Shown here: positions 26,338 to 37,674 of the stretch, in pieces
Numbering within the stretch: position 1 is the first letter of the stretch
Layout of the letters: every line of letters begins with the position of its first letter
Notes under the pieces: generated by a model
The model's database searches: none
Told to the model about the DNA's origin: nothing
The model's input: only the letters and a program-made list of their open reading frames with translations
Translations under genes and position numbers: made by a program
Assembly: GCA_050010555.1 (NCBI GenBank)
Contig: JBEKKV010000002.1
Location: 47,815-111,814 of the forward strand
Direction: 5' to 3'
Length of the DNA stretch: 64,000 bases
From: Dehalococcoidia bacterium
GTDB taxonomy: Bacteria > Chloroflexota > Dehalococcoidia > DSTF01 > JALHUB01

Positions 26338-27112
26338 GCCTTCTACGATCTACCGCTTGCCGCTTGCCGCCTACCGTGTCCTCGATCTTGGCCCTGGGGC
26401 GGCCGCAAGGTATGCGGCGCGACTCCTCGGCGACGCGGGCGCGGAGGTCATCGCCGTCGAACGGGCTGTGACGCCGCGGAGCGATGCTTTTCGACAGCTC
26501 AATCGCGACAAGCTGGGTTGCGTGCTCGACTTCGCGATGCCTCGGGGCGCGGAGCTCGTGCGCCGCCTTGCCGCCCTTTGCGACGTTGTGATCGAAGGCT
26601 TCGACGAGGCGGAGCGCGAGCGATTCGGCTTCGGCTACGAGGCCCTTCGCGCGTTACGGCCCGACGTTATCGTCACATCCGTCGCCGGAGCGAGCGCGGA
26701 CGGCGCAAGCGCTACGTTTGCGGGCATAGCTGCGGGGACGGCCGCGGCTGCCGCCGTATGCGTCGCCCTGCTTCACCTCCGCGACACCGGCGAAGGACAG
26801 CACGTCGCGGTAGATGCCGCGGCCTGTGCACCCGCCTTCGCAGCACCGCTACCTTCGCGCTCGCAGATCCTCGTCGACTCCCGCCTGCGCGAACGCCGCT
26901 TCTTCGAGCCCGTCTCTCACCTCGAAGGCGGCGTTATCGAGATGCCGGCGCTTCTCTGGCGCCTGGGCATGACGCCCTGCCACGTCCGCCTGCCGGCGCC
27001 GGAGCCCGGACAGCACAATCGCTATGTGTTCGCCAGCCTGCTCGGCTTGTCCGAGGAAGAGATCGCGGAGCTAGAAGCGAAGGGGATCGTTGTGGGAGGC
27101 TGGTCCGGCTAA
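26330..27112 (+). CDS. CoA-transferase family III (CaiB/BaiF)-like protein, short at 260 aa
   Basis: YRVLDLGPGAAARYAARLLGDAGAEVIAVE ... GEGQHVAVDAAA ... LLGLSEEEIAELEAKGIV. Confidence 0.5.
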   Translation: MSEPSTIYRLPLAAYRVLDLGPGAAARYAARLLGDAGAEVIAVERAVTPRSDAFRQLNRDKLGCVLDFAMPRGAELVRRLAALCDVVIEGFDEAERERFGFGYEALRALRPDVIVTSVAGASADGASATFAGIAAGTAAAAAVCVALLHLRDTGEGQHVAVDAAACAPAFAAPLPSRSQILVDSRLRERRFFEPVSHLEGGVIEMPALLWRLGMTPCHVRLPAPEPGQHNRYVFASLLGLSEEEIAELEAKGIVVGGWSG

Positions 27113-28011
27113 GCGGCCGGCTTCTCCGCTATCGCCCAGATGTGGTTCGTGAACAGCCGGTTGAGCGGCGGCAGGTAGCTGAACGGGCGAAGATAGCGGA
27201 CGCTATCGAGGAGCATCAGCTCGATTGTCATCTGCCGGGACATGTAGGGAAGCTGGTTCGGTATCTCCCAGCGCTCCGTCTTGCGAATGCGGAAGCCGGC
27301 GTCCCTGAGCGAGCGCGTAAGCGCCGATTCCGTCTGCTCGTTGACGTGCACACGCAGCTCATCGTCCGTCCGCGGGTACTGCCTTCCGACCGGCAGGCTC
27401 GGCCCGATGACGTAGCTGCCGTAATGGGCGAAGTCGGCAAGGCGGCGGGCCACCAGGTGCACGCGGCGGACGTAAAGAGGGAACGTTATATCGTAGAAGA
27501 CGCGGTTGGGACTCGTGTGAACGATGAGCCTTCCTCCCGGCTGCAGCACCCGGCATGTCTCGCGCAGTGCCTCCGCCAGTTCCGGCGGATACAGGTGCTC
27601 GACGATGTCGCTCATCAGGGCCACGTCGAAAGAGGCGTCGTCGAACGTCAGCGCGCGGGCGTTCATGAGGCGCACCTGCGCCCGACGTCGCACGTCGTCC
27701 GGCGCCATCGCCAGCGATTCGTTTGCTATGCGCACCGCCTCCTCAGCGTAGTCGATGCCGACAGCTTCCGCGCCGAGCATCGCCGCGTGCAGCACCATCT
27801 CGCCGCGCCCGCAGCCGACGTCGAGGACGCGCTCGCCGGGCCGTATCTTCGCAAAGCGCAGCGCCTTCTGGAAGCGGCTGCTCAGCTTGCGCCCGCCCGA
27901 CTCGCGGAACTCCTTGTAACCCTCACAGGAGGCGAAGAAGTAGCGATTATCGTAGGCATCGGGGGCAACGCTTTCGCTTGGCGGCGGTCCCTCGTCTGCC
28001 CGCTCGTTCAT
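27109..28011 (-). CDS. Class I SAM-dependent methyltransferase
   Basis: VLDVGCGRGEMVLHAA (motif I). LQPGGRLIVHT (motif III). Confidence 0.75.
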   Translation of the reverse strand: MNERADEGPPPSESVAPDAYDNRYFFASCEGYKEFRESGGRKLSSRFQKALRFAKIRPGERVLDVGCGRGEMVLHAAMLGAEAVGIDYAEEAVRIANESLAMAPDDVRRRAQVRLMNARALTFDDASFDVALMSDIVEHLYPPELAEALRETCRVLQPGGRLIVHTSPNRVFYDITFPLYVRRVHLVARRLADFAHYGSYVIGPSLPVGRQYPRTDDELRVHVNEQTESALTRSLRDAGFRIRKTERWEIPNQLPYMSRQMTIELMLLDSVRYLRPFSYLPPLNRLFTNHIWAIAEKPAA

Positions 28012-28826
28012 TGCGCCGGGCCGTCTTGGAGGAAGGCCTGGATCGTCGACGCCAGCTCGTCGCGATGGAGATTGTAGTAGAAGGCGTCGGGCGCGACCAC
28101 GAGCTGCGAGTTTGGGATGGCGTCGCGGAGGCGCTCGGCGGAGGCGACCGGATGGAGCTCGTCATCGGGGTGGGCGATCAGCAGCGATTCCGCCTGTATC
28201 CGCGAAAAGTCCTCCTTATCAAGCGCCGGGCCGTAGGCGATGCCGCGGATCGCTGGCACGACGGCCTGCGCGTTGAGCGAGAGCAGCCACTGCCGCATGA
28301 AGGTGAACATTAGCGGCGCCGTCTTCTTAAGGTCGGCCCAGGGCGGAATCTTGAGCACCGTCTCTACGGCCTTCTTCAGTCCCAGCCCTTCGATCAGCAG
28401 CGCGAGCCCGCCGAACAGCGCCGCGCCCGGAGCGGACTGCTGCTGTCCGACCGGCGGCGGCGATTGCAGGACGATGTTGTTCACCATCTCCGGGTGCCGG
28501 AGCGCGAAGACGAGCACCGTGCCGCCGCCCATCGAGCTGCCGCCCAGATGGGCCTGCTTGATGCCGAGGTGGTTGAACAAGCCGAGAAGGTCGGCCGCCA
28601 GCGATTCCCACTGGTAGTCGGCGGTGTTGGTCGTGAAGCCGGACTCGCCGTGGCCGCGCGCGTCATAAGTGATGACGCTGAAGTGCTGGAAGAGCGCTAT
28701 CGGCACCTCGCCGAGGATGTCCGCCATGAGCATGCTGCTCAGGAGGCCGTGTGCGATGACCAGGGGCGGTCCATCGCCGCGCACCTGGTAGTGCATTTGA
28801 AAGCCGTTCACGTTTGTGAAGGGCAT
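28008..28826 (-). CDS. Alpha/beta-fold hydrolase
   Basis: VIAHGLLSS...YDARGHGES...GGSSMGGG is a nucleophile-elbow pattern. Confidence 0.75.
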   Translation of the reverse strand: MPFTNVNGFQMHYQVRGDGPPLVIAHGLLSSMLMADILGEVPIALFQHFSVITYDARGHGESGFTTNTADYQWESLAADLLGLFNHLGIKQAHLGGSSMGGGTVLVFALRHPEMVNNIVLQSPPPVGQQQSAPGAALFGGLALLIEGLGLKKAVETVLKIPPWADLKKTAPLMFTFMRQWLLSLNAQAVVPAIRGIAYGPALDKEDFSRIQAESLLIAHPDDELHPVASAERLRDAIPNSQLVVAPDAFYYNLHRDELASTIQAFLQDGPAQ

Positions 28827-28835
28827 TTGCGGCCT

Positions 28836-29600
28836 CTAGAGGTGCGCGGTCAGGCCGCCGTCCACGAAAAGCGTCCGTCCGGTCAGATAGCCCGCCGAAT
28901 CGGAGGCCACGTAGACGGCTAGGGGCCCTACCTCGTCCGCGCGGCCGGCCCGGCGCATGGGAATGTAGCGCAAGAGGCGATTCGTCTGAGGGTCCGGATC
29001 GCCGAGGCCCGGCGTGTCCTCCAACCAGCCCGGTGCGATGACGTTGACGGTCACGCCGGCGGCCGCCCACTCTTGCGCCAGCGCCCGCGTGAGGTTGAAG
29101 ACGCCGCCCTTGACGGCGCAGTATGCCGAGCAGTTCGGTAGGCCTCTCTCGCCGAGGCCGGAAGCGACGTTGATGATCCGTCCATATCCCTGCTTCGCCA
29201 TCCGAGGGCCGGCGGCGCGGCAGGCGAAAAAGACGCTGCTGAGATTGACCGCGAACACCTTCTCCCACTCGGCGTCGGAGATGTCGCCCGCCGGCTTGGC
29301 GAGGAAGAGGTCAGGACAGGTCACGAGGATGTCCAGACGCCCCATACGCCGGAACGCTTCGTCGATCGCTTCGTTCACCTGCGATGCGGATGTCGCATCT
29401 ATCGACCGCGCTGCCGCGCCGCCGAGCAGACGAGCCGTCTCTTCCGCCGCTCCGTTGTCCGCGGCATCTTTCCGCGCCGACGTGACGGCGACCTCCGCGT
29501 CCGCCTCTTTCAACGCCAGGGCAATGGCGCGTCCAACGCTGGACTCTGCGCCGATAACCAGGGCTTTCTTTCCTGTCAGATCGAATCCTTCAACCGGCAT
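28836..29600 (-). CDS. SDR-family oxidoreductase (3-oxoacyl-ACP reductase-like)
   Basis: LTGKKALVIGAESSVGRAIA Rossmann motif. YCAVKGG catalytic YxxxK. Confidence 0.8.
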   Translation of the reverse strand: MPVEGFDLTGKKALVIGAESSVGRAIALALKEADAEVAVTSARKDAADNGAAEETARLLGGAAARSIDATSASQVNEAIDEAFRRMGRLDILVTCPDLFLAKPAGDISDAEWEKVFAVNLSSVFFACRAAGPRMAKQGYGRIINVASGLGERGLPNCSAYCAVKGGVFNLTRALAQEWAAAGVTVNVIAPGWLEDTPGLGDPDPQTNRLLRYIPMRRAGRADEVGPLAVYVASDSAGYLTGRTLFVDGGLTAHL

Positions 29601-29729
29601 GTTTCTCCTCCAAGCGTGCTGCGCGCAATCATAGCATAAGGCCTATTTCGGGCCAATCGGCGACCGACCATAACCGAACGATCGGGTCCGTAGGGTTGGT
29701 GCTGTGCGGGATGGCCAGACGGCGTGGGC

Positions 29730-31622
29730 CTAGACTTCGCGGTACTCGCCCTCGACGGTGCCTTCTTCCGGAGGCGCCTGGCCTTCCCCTTCGCCACCCG
29801 GCGGGGGCTGCTGGCCGCCGTCCTGCCCGTAGGCTGCCGCGCCGATCTTTTGCATCGACTCCGACAGCTCGTTCACGGCCGTGCGTATCTGCTCAACCGT
29901 GCCGGAAGGCAGGACCTGTCGCAAGGCCGCGATCTTCGCCTCGACTTCGCTCTTGATGTCCGCGGGGATGCGCTCCCCCTGATCGCGCAGGATCTTCTCG
30001 GCGTTGTAGGCCATGCTGTCGGCCGTGTTCCGCGTCTCGATCTCCTCGCGGCGGCGGCGGTCCTCTTCGGCGTGCGACTCCGCCTCGTGCTGGAGCTTCT
30101 CGACCTCCTCTTTGCTGAGGCCGGAGCCGGCGGTGATGGTTATCTTCTGTTCGCGGCCGGTCGCCTTGTCGCGCGCCGAGACGTTGAGGATGCCGTTGGC
30201 GTCGATGTCGAACGTCACTTCGATCTGCGGGACGCCGCGCGGCGCCGGCAGGATGCCGTCGAGCATGAACCGCCCTAGCGACTTGTTGTCCGCCGCCAGC
30301 GCGCGTTCGCCCTGAAGGACGTGGATCTCCACGCTCGGCTGGCTATCGGCCGCAGTGCTGAACGTCTGGCTCTTGCTCGTAGGAATCGTCGTGTTGCGTT
30401 GGATGAGGGGCGTCATCACGCCGCCGAGCGTCTCGATGCCGAGCGTAAGGGGCGTCACGTCCAGCAGCAGGACGTCGTGGACCTCGCCCTTGAGCACACC
30501 GGCCTGGATTGCCGCGCCGACGGCGACGACCTCGTCCGGGTTGACGCCCTTGTGCGCCTCCTTGCCGAAGAGCTGCCGCACCGTCTCCTGCACCATGGGC
30601 ATGCGCGTCTGTCCGCCGACCAGGACGACCTCGTCAACCTGCGACGCCGTGATGCCGGCGTCCGACAGCGCCTGCTTGCACGGCCCCAGCGTGCTCTCCA
30701 CCAGGTCCCCCACGAGCTGCTCCAGCTTGGCGCGCGTGAGCATGATGTTCATGTGCTTGGGACCGGAGGCATCGGCGGTGATGAAGGGAAGATTGATGTC
30801 CGTCTGGAGGACGGAGGAGAGCTCCACCTTTGCCTTCTCGGCGGCCTCCTTCAGACGCTGCAGCGCCATGCGGTCCTGCTTCAGGTCGATTCCCTGGTCG
30901 CGGCGGAACTCGTCGCACAGCCAGTCGATGACGCGCTGGTCGAAGTCGTCGCCGCCGAGGTGCGTGTTGCCGCTGGTTGACTTGACCTGGAACGTCCCTT
31001 CGCCGATCTCCAGGATCGAGATGTCGAACGTGCCGCCGCCGAGGTCGTAGACCGCGATCGTCTCTTCCGCCTTCTTGTCGAGACCGTAGGCTAGCGAAGC
31101 GGCGGTCGGCTCGTTGATGATGCGTAGCACCTCCATGCCGGCGATCTTGCCGGCGTCCTTCGTGGCCTGGCGCTGGCTGTCGTTGAAGTACGCCGGGACA
31201 GTGATGACCGCTTCCGTCACCGGTTCGCCGAGGTAAGCCTCCGCGTCGGTCTTCAGCTTCTGGAGGATCATCGCGGAGATCTCCGCCGGTGAGTAGTCGC
31301 GGCCGCCCATCATGACGTGGGCGTCGTTGTTGGGGCCCTGCGCAATCTTGTAGGCGAGCAGCGTCTTGTCGCGTTCCACCTCCGCGTCGTCGAACTTGCG
31401 GCCCATGAGGCGCTTGATGGAGTAGATCGTATTGTCGGGGTTGGTGATGGCCTGGCGCTTCGCCACCGTTCCGACGAGCCGCTCTCCCGACTTGCTGACG
31501 GCGACGACCGACGGCGTGGTGCGCCCGCCCTCCGAGTTCGGGATGACGGTGGGCTCGCCCGCCTCGATGACGGCGACGCAGCTGTTGGTGGTGCCGAGGT
31601 CGATTCCGATTACCTTTGCCAT
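29730..31622 (-). CDS. dnaK: Molecular chaperone DnaK (Hsp70)
   Basis: [20 protein letters not shown]... Full-length, 630 aa. Confidence 0.95.
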   Translation of the reverse strand: MAKVIGIDLGTTNSCVAVIEAGEPTVIPNSEGGRTTPSVVAVSKSGERLVGTVAKRQAITNPDNTIYSIKRLMGRKFDDAEVERDKTLLAYKIAQGPNNDAHVMMGGRDYSPAEISAMILQKLKTDAEAYLGEPVTEAVITVPAYFNDSQRQATKDAGKIAGMEVLRIINEPTAASLAYGLDKKAEETIAVYDLGGGTFDISILEIGEGTFQVKSTSGNTHLGGDDFDQRVIDWLCDEFRRDQGIDLKQDRMALQRLKEAAEKAKVELSSVLQTDINLPFITADASGPKHMNIMLTRAKLEQLVGDLVESTLGPCKQALSDAGITASQVDEVVLVGGQTRMPMVQETVRQLFGKEAHKGVNPDEVVAVGAAIQAGVLKGEVHDVLLLDVTPLTLGIETLGGVMTPLIQRNTTIPTSKSQTFSTAADSQPSVEIHVLQGERALAADNKSLGRFMLDGILPAPRGVPQIEVTFDIDANGILNVSARDKATGREQKITITAGSGLSKEEVEKLQHEAESHAEEDRRRREEIETRNTADSMAYNAEKILRDQGERIPADIKSEVEAKIAALRQVLPSGTVEQIRTAVNELSESMQKIGAAAYGQDGGQQPPPGGEGEGQAPPEEGTVEGEYREV

Positions 31623-31717
31623 GACGGTTCCCTCCGGTCTGGAGATGTGCCTAGTTCAATAATACCGCGCAATTGCTTGCGTAGGGACAGGCCTCGTGCC
31701 CGCCCCAGAGTTTTGTC

Positions 31718-32314
31718 TCAGCCCTCTGCGGCTCCGCTCGATCGCGACGGCTTCCCGCGGCCAACAACGACCATCGCCGGACGCAGCACGCGGTCGCCGA
31801 GCATATAGCCCTTCTGCACCTCGGCCACCACCTTTCCGTCCTCGCCTTCGCCGAACATCGTCGCCTCGTGGTAGCGCGGGTCGAAGTCTTGGCCCTCCGT
31901 CTGGATCTCCTTCACGCCGCTCGCCTCCAGCACGGCCAGGAACTTGCGATAGATCAGGCGGATGCCGTCGACCCAGGTCAGCCCAGCGAGATGCGCCTCG
32001 ACGCTCTGGAGGGCGCGCTCCAGGTCGTCAAGGATCGGCAGGATGTTGATGATAAGCGACGCGTTGGCGAACAGCGCTACCTCCTGGCGCTCCTGCTCCG
32101 TGCGACGCTTATAGTTCTGAAAGTCGGCGGCCGCGCGTTGCCAGCTCGCCAGGCAGCTTTCCGCCTTCTTCTTCTCTTCCTCGAGCTGCGTCCTCAGCGT
32201 CGCTACGTCCTCCGGAGGCGCGGACGCGGGATGTTCGCCGTGGTGCTTGCCACCCGTGGAACTGCGCTTGTCGACGTGAGACGGATGCTGGTTATCTTGC
32301 TCTTGCTCGGACAT
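31718..32314 (-). CDS. grpE: Nucleotide exchange factor GrpE
   Basis: The GrpE C-terminal beta-domain pattern (...GYMLGDRVLRPAMVVV). Located between hrcA and dnaK. Confidence 0.85.
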   Translation of the reverse strand: MSEQEQDNQHPSHVDKRSSTGGKHHGEHPASAPPEDVATLRTQLEEEKKKAESCLASWQRAAADFQNYKRRTEQERQEVALFANASLIINILPILDDLERALQSVEAHLAGLTWVDGIRLIYRKFLAVLEASGVKEIQTEGQDFDPRYHEATMFGEGEDGKVVAEVQKGYMLGDRVLRPAMVVVGRGKPSRSSGAAEG

Positions 32315-32342
32315 CCTTGCCCCCGCGCCTTTAGGCCGGCGC

Positions 32343-33137
32343 TCAGCCCCGGGCGACGAGATCGCCCATTAGCAGTGAGAGGTAACGTACGGTGGGAATG
32401 ACGCGCGAATAGGCCATCCGCGTCGGGCCCAGGACGGCCAGCACGCCGACGGCCGTGCCCGGCACCCCGTAGCGGGTGAGCACGACACTGCAGCGGCGCA
32501 TCACGTCCTCACGGTTCTCCTCGCCGATGACGACGGTCACGTCCTCGTCGGCGAGGTTGTCGAAAGGTATCGCCCGCATCAGGTTGCCCTCTTCGAGAAC
32601 GCAGACGAGGTCGATGACGTCCTCCGTCTGCGAGAACTCCGGTTGGCTGAGGACGTTTCGCAGCCCCTCCAGGTAGGCCCGGTCGTACAGCGCCTGGTCC
32701 TCTTCGTCCGTCCGGGGCGCCGTAGCGACCGCGGCGTTGCGGACGCTCTCCGCCAGCACCGTCGCCGCGATTCGCGCCCGCTCCGCCAGCAACTCGGCGC
32801 GACCGGAGGCCGCCCTGGCCGCCGTCTGCAGGCGCCGCTGGATCGACTGCTTCGCATACCAGGGCAGGTCCTCTTCTTCCATGAGGCTTTCGACGTAGAA
32901 TCGGTAGCCTCTATCGGAAGGCACGCGGCCGGAGGAAGTGTGAGGGTGCGTGATGTAGCCTTCCTCTTCCAGTCTGGCCATCTCGCTACGCACGGTTGCC
33001 GGAGAGATGGGAAGCGCGTACTTGCGGACGATGGTCTCGGAACCTACCGGCAGAGCTGTGTTTACGTATTCACTTACGATGTGGCCCAGAATGCGGGCCC
33101 GTCTTTCCACCAACACTGCCGAGCTGCTTTCAAGCAA
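32343..33137 (-). CDS. hrcA: Heat-inducible transcription repressor HrcA (shorter than typical)
   Basis: N-terminal winged helix RARILGHIVSEYVNTALPVGSETI... Upstream of grpE-dnaK. Confidence 0.75.
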   Translation of the reverse strand: MLESSSAVLVERRARILGHIVSEYVNTALPVGSETIVRKYALPISPATVRSEMARLEEEGYITHPHTSSGRVPSDRGYRFYVESLMEEEDLPWYAKQSIQRRLQTAARAASGRAELLAERARIAATVLAESVRNAAVATAPRTDEEDQALYDRAYLEGLRNVLSQPEFSQTEDVIDLVCVLEEGNLMRAIPFDNLADEDVTVVIGEENREDVMRRCSVVLTRYGVPGTAVGVLAVLGPTRMAYSRVIPTVRYLSLLMGDLVARG

Positions 33138-33291
33138 TTGTCAGATCACGGGGTAATTGTAGTCGAACCGAGGCTCCTTCCTCCTCCAACCGGCCTCCCT
33201 GCACGAGTTTAGTAAACCATCGGCTCCCTTGACCTGTCAAGTGCTCACGCTCCTGCTGACCGGCCATCTCCGTCATGCTATACTGCTGGCG

Positions 33292-33930
33292 ATGGAACTC
33301 ATCTGGCTGGGAAGCTTCTGCTTCCGCATACGCAGTCGCGAAGCGACGATACTCACCGACCCGACTCCGAAGAGCAGCGGCTACGCCACCGGCAAGGTCA
33401 CCGCCGACATCGTCACCGTCAGCTCTGACCATCCCGGCAGCACGAACCTGTCGGCCGTCAGCGGCTCGCCTCTGGTCATCTGGGGTCCCGGCGAGTACGA
33501 GAGCGCGCAGGTCCTTATCACCGGCGTCGCTACGGAACGAGGCCGCGACGGCGAAAAAGGCCCGACAAACACGTCCTACGTCATCGAGACGGAGAACCTG
33601 CGCGTCTGCCACCTGGGGCGGATCCAGCACGTGCCGACGTCAGACGAGGTCGAGGAGATGAGCAACATCGACCTGCTTCTGGTGCCGGTCGGCGGCGGCT
33701 GCGCGCTCGATGCCGCGCAGGCGGAGGAGACGATCACGCTCCTGGAGCCGAAGCTGATTGTGCCGATGCACTACGCCACGTCCGCTTCCACGGAGAAGCT
33801 CGACCCGCTGGAGCGCTTCTTGCGCGAGAGAGGGAGTGCGGCGGCGCTGGAGCCGCAGCCGCGGCTCTCCGTGAACCACTCGTCGCTCCCTCACGAGCCG
33901 GAGGTGTTTGTCCTAGATTACAAGCGCTGA
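33292..33930 (+). CDS. MBL-fold metal-dependent hydrolase (UPF0173-like)
   Basis: MELIWLGSFCFRIRSREATILTDP... resembles UPF0173 N-termini. The start is chosen at the internal Met of the 33229 ORF. Confidence 0.45.
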   Translation: MELIWLGSFCFRIRSREATILTDPTPKSSGYATGKVTADIVTVSSDHPGSTNLSAVSGSPLVIWGPGEYESAQVLITGVATERGRDGEKGPTNTSYVIETENLRVCHLGRIQHVPTSDEVEEMSNIDLLLVPVGGGCALDAAQAEETITLLEPKLIVPMHYATSASTEKLDPLERFLRERGSAAALEPQPRLSVNHSSLPHEPEVFVLDYKR

Positions 33931-34007
33931 CGGCGATCCCGGCGGCGTTCGGACAAACAAGAAGGCGGCCCATCCGGCCGCCTCGCTGTTTCTGACGATT
34001 CCCGCGC

Positions 34008-35180
34008 CTACGGCAGGTAGTCGAGCGGGTTGACGACTACCCCGTTCAGGTGCACTTCGAAGTGCAGGTGGTAGCCGGTCGAGCGCCCGGTGATCCCCAC
34101 GTAGCCCAAGACGTCCCCCTGATTCACGTACTGGCCCTGGGTGACCGCGATCGACGCCATGTGGGCGTAGAGCGTCTCGAAGCCGTTCTGGTGGTTGACG
34201 ACGACGTACAGGCCGTAGGAGCAGCAGGGGTCTCCACCGGCGAAGGTCACAATACCCGCGGCCGCGGCGTGGATAGGCGCACCTGCCTTGCCATACTGGT
34301 CGATGTCGATACCCAGAGGATGGGATGGGCCGAAGTAGCTGGAGATAGGGCCGTTCACGGGCCATATGAAGCCCGCCGATGAAGGCGTGGATGGCTCCGA
34401 AGGCGAATCCGGCGCTGCGCCGCCCGAACTGCCCGCCCCGGCTGGCTCGGGCGTCGGTGGCGGTGGCGGCGCCGGCATCTTGCCGTTGGGAACGAAGATG
34501 ATCTGGTGTTCGGCGATGCCGTTGGCGTCTACCAGGTGATTGCCGGCGAAGCCTGTGATAGACGATACGTCCACGCCGTACTGGTCGGCGATGTCGCTCA
34601 GCGTATCACCCAGCTTCACGTCGTAGATGATCCCGTCGGACAATGGGATCCGCAGGAACTGGCCCAGAGCCAGGCTGTCCGCGCTCTCAAGGTCGGTGTT
34701 GTTCCAGAGGATGGAATCGGGAGAGATGCCGTAGCGCGTTGCCAACCCGTCGACCGTGTCGCCTGCCTGGATCGCGTAGACGACGTAGATGGGGACCGGC
34801 GTCGGCGCGGGAGTCGGCGGCATGCTGGCCGCCATCATGAGCGCGGCGTCTGTCGGAAGCGCGGTAGAGTGAAGCAGCGGCGCCGGCGTCTGCGTCTGCG
34901 TTGACTGTGCGGTGACGAGGGTCTGCGGAAGAATCGACGCCTGGAGCGCGGCATCCTCCAGTACCGGCGCAGCAGCGACCGCACTAGATACGGAAGCGCT
35001 GTCTACGCGCATGGAGACGCTCTTGGTCGGCAAACGAAGGTGCTCAGAGAAGGAAACGGTAGAGAGGAGAGCAAGCGCTACCAGGGCCAGGATGAAGAAG
35101 TGAACGCAGGGCCTGTATCGCCTGCGAAACCCGGCAGCGGTGGGAAGCTGTCGTCCCAGACTTAGTGGTCGCGACTCCAA
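34008..35180 (-). CDS. M23-family metallopeptidase with LysM domains. Membrane-anchored.
   Basis: GYHLHFEVHLNG (M23 HxH). Two LysM-like segments (DTLSDIADQYGV, DTVDGLATRYGI). N-terminal TM. Confidence 0.8.
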   Translation of the reverse strand: MESRPLSLGRQLPTAAGFRRRYRPCVHFFILALVALALLSTVSFSEHLRLPTKSVSMRVDSASVSSAVAAAPVLEDAALQASILPQTLVTAQSTQTQTPAPLLHSTALPTDAALMMAASMPPTPAPTPVPIYVVYAIQAGDTVDGLATRYGISPDSILWNNTDLESADSLALGQFLRIPLSDGIIYDVKLGDTLSDIADQYGVDVSSITGFAGNHLVDANGIAEHQIIFVPNGKMPAPPPPPTPEPAGAGSSGGAAPDSPSEPSTPSSAGFIWPVNGPISSYFGPSHPLGIDIDQYGKAGAPIHAAAAGIVTFAGGDPCCSYGLYVVVNHQNGFETLYAHMASIAVTQGQYVNQGDVLGYVGITGRSTGYHLHFEVHLNGVVVNPLDYLP

Positions 35181-35522
35181 CCGGCCTTCCGGTTTGGGAG
35201 TTCGCGGGCTGAGCGTGCCTCTGATGCTCCTCGCCTCCTACTTGTTGGCCAAACTCAGAGAGCCTGCCTCCTCCACCCGGCAACCCGCAACATCCCCGAG
35301 ACCTTACCAGAGGCCGTTGGCTGTTGTCAAGGGCAAAAGGGCGCAATTTACGGGCTTTTCCCGACATCGCGGCGGCGTAGGGAAGGCCTCCTACTGCAGA
35401 AGAACTCTGGTTCTCCCGCGATGTCTGGCTCTGCCACCACCACCCTCCGGGCAACCAAAGGGCCGCCATCCTGTGAGGGACCGCGGCCCGTGGCGATGTA
35501 TTCGCAGGGAGGGTCTTTGGGG

Positions 35523-36803
<1,281 letters not shown>

Positions 36804-36901
36804 CGTTCAAACCTCGGATTAGGATTGGTATGTGGGGCCTCAAGAGAAAACACAGAGGGAAAAGTGCAGTAGTACTCGCGGCCGAATGTATGATACAGCA
36901 T

Positions 36902-37588
36902 CTACTCGTTCTTTTCAAGCAGTAGATGTCCTACTGGGCTCACTTCCGAGTATTCCCGGGCGTCCGCCAGAAAGCGCTCGATGCCGACGTCGGTCAGGGG
37001 ATGCTTCAGCATCGCCATCAGCACCGCGTAGGGCATCGTCGCGATGTGGGCGCCGGCATTAGCCGAAGCAATGACGTGCCGCGGGTGCCGCAGGCTGGCG
37101 GAGATGACCTGCGAGGGCAGCCGGTAGCGGTCCAGCAGCGCGACGCTGTCCCGCACGACTTCCATGCCGTCGTGGCCGGCGTCGTCCAGCCGCCCGACGA
37201 AGGGGCTGATGTACGTCGCGCCGGCCAGAGCCGCCAGCAGCGCCTGGTTGACGGAGAAGATGAGTGTCATGTTGACTTTGATGCTTTCCTGCGCCAGCTT
37301 CGCGGTCGCCTCCAGGCCCGCGGCGTCGATCGGGATCTTGACGACGACGTCCGGATGCCAGCCGGCTACCTCCCGCGCCTCGGCGATGATTCCCGGGACG
37401 TCGCGGGCAATGCATTCGGCGGAGACGGGCCCGTGCACCGTCTCGCATATCTCGACTACTCGTTCCCTGTAGGTGACGCCGCGCTCCTTCGCCATGAGCG
37501 TCGGATTCGTCGTGACGCCGGAGACGACGCCCAGCTTGACCGCCTCGCGCACCTCGTCGATATTCGCCGTGTCAAGGAATATGCGCAT
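36902..37588 (-). CDS. tal: Transaldolase / fructose-6-phosphate aldolase family (short TalC/Fsa type)
   Basis: MRIFLDTANIDEVREAVKLGVVSGVTTNPTLMAKE. Confidence 0.8.
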   Translation of the reverse strand: MRIFLDTANIDEVREAVKLGVVSGVTTNPTLMAKERGVTYRERVVEICETVHGPVSAECIARDVPGIIAEAREVAGWHPDVVVKIPIDAAGLEATAKLAQESIKVNMTLIFSVNQALLAALAGATYISPFVGRLDDAGHDGMEVVRDSVALLDRYRLPSQVISASLRHPRHVIASANAGAHIATMPYAVLMAMLKHPLTDVGIERFLADAREYSEVSPVGHLLLEKNE

Positions 37589-37674
37589 TTCTCACTTCCC
37601 TCGATACTCAACTACAGACGCTCGGCCTCGAAATCGAGGAGACGTTCTTGTGCCGGGACCAGGAATGCCGGTGG

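Noticed and set aside
33138-33228. CIRCE element (TTAGCACTC-N9-GAGTGCTAA) upstream of hrcA
   Set aside because: No convincing match by eye. Only a partial AGTGCTCA was seen.
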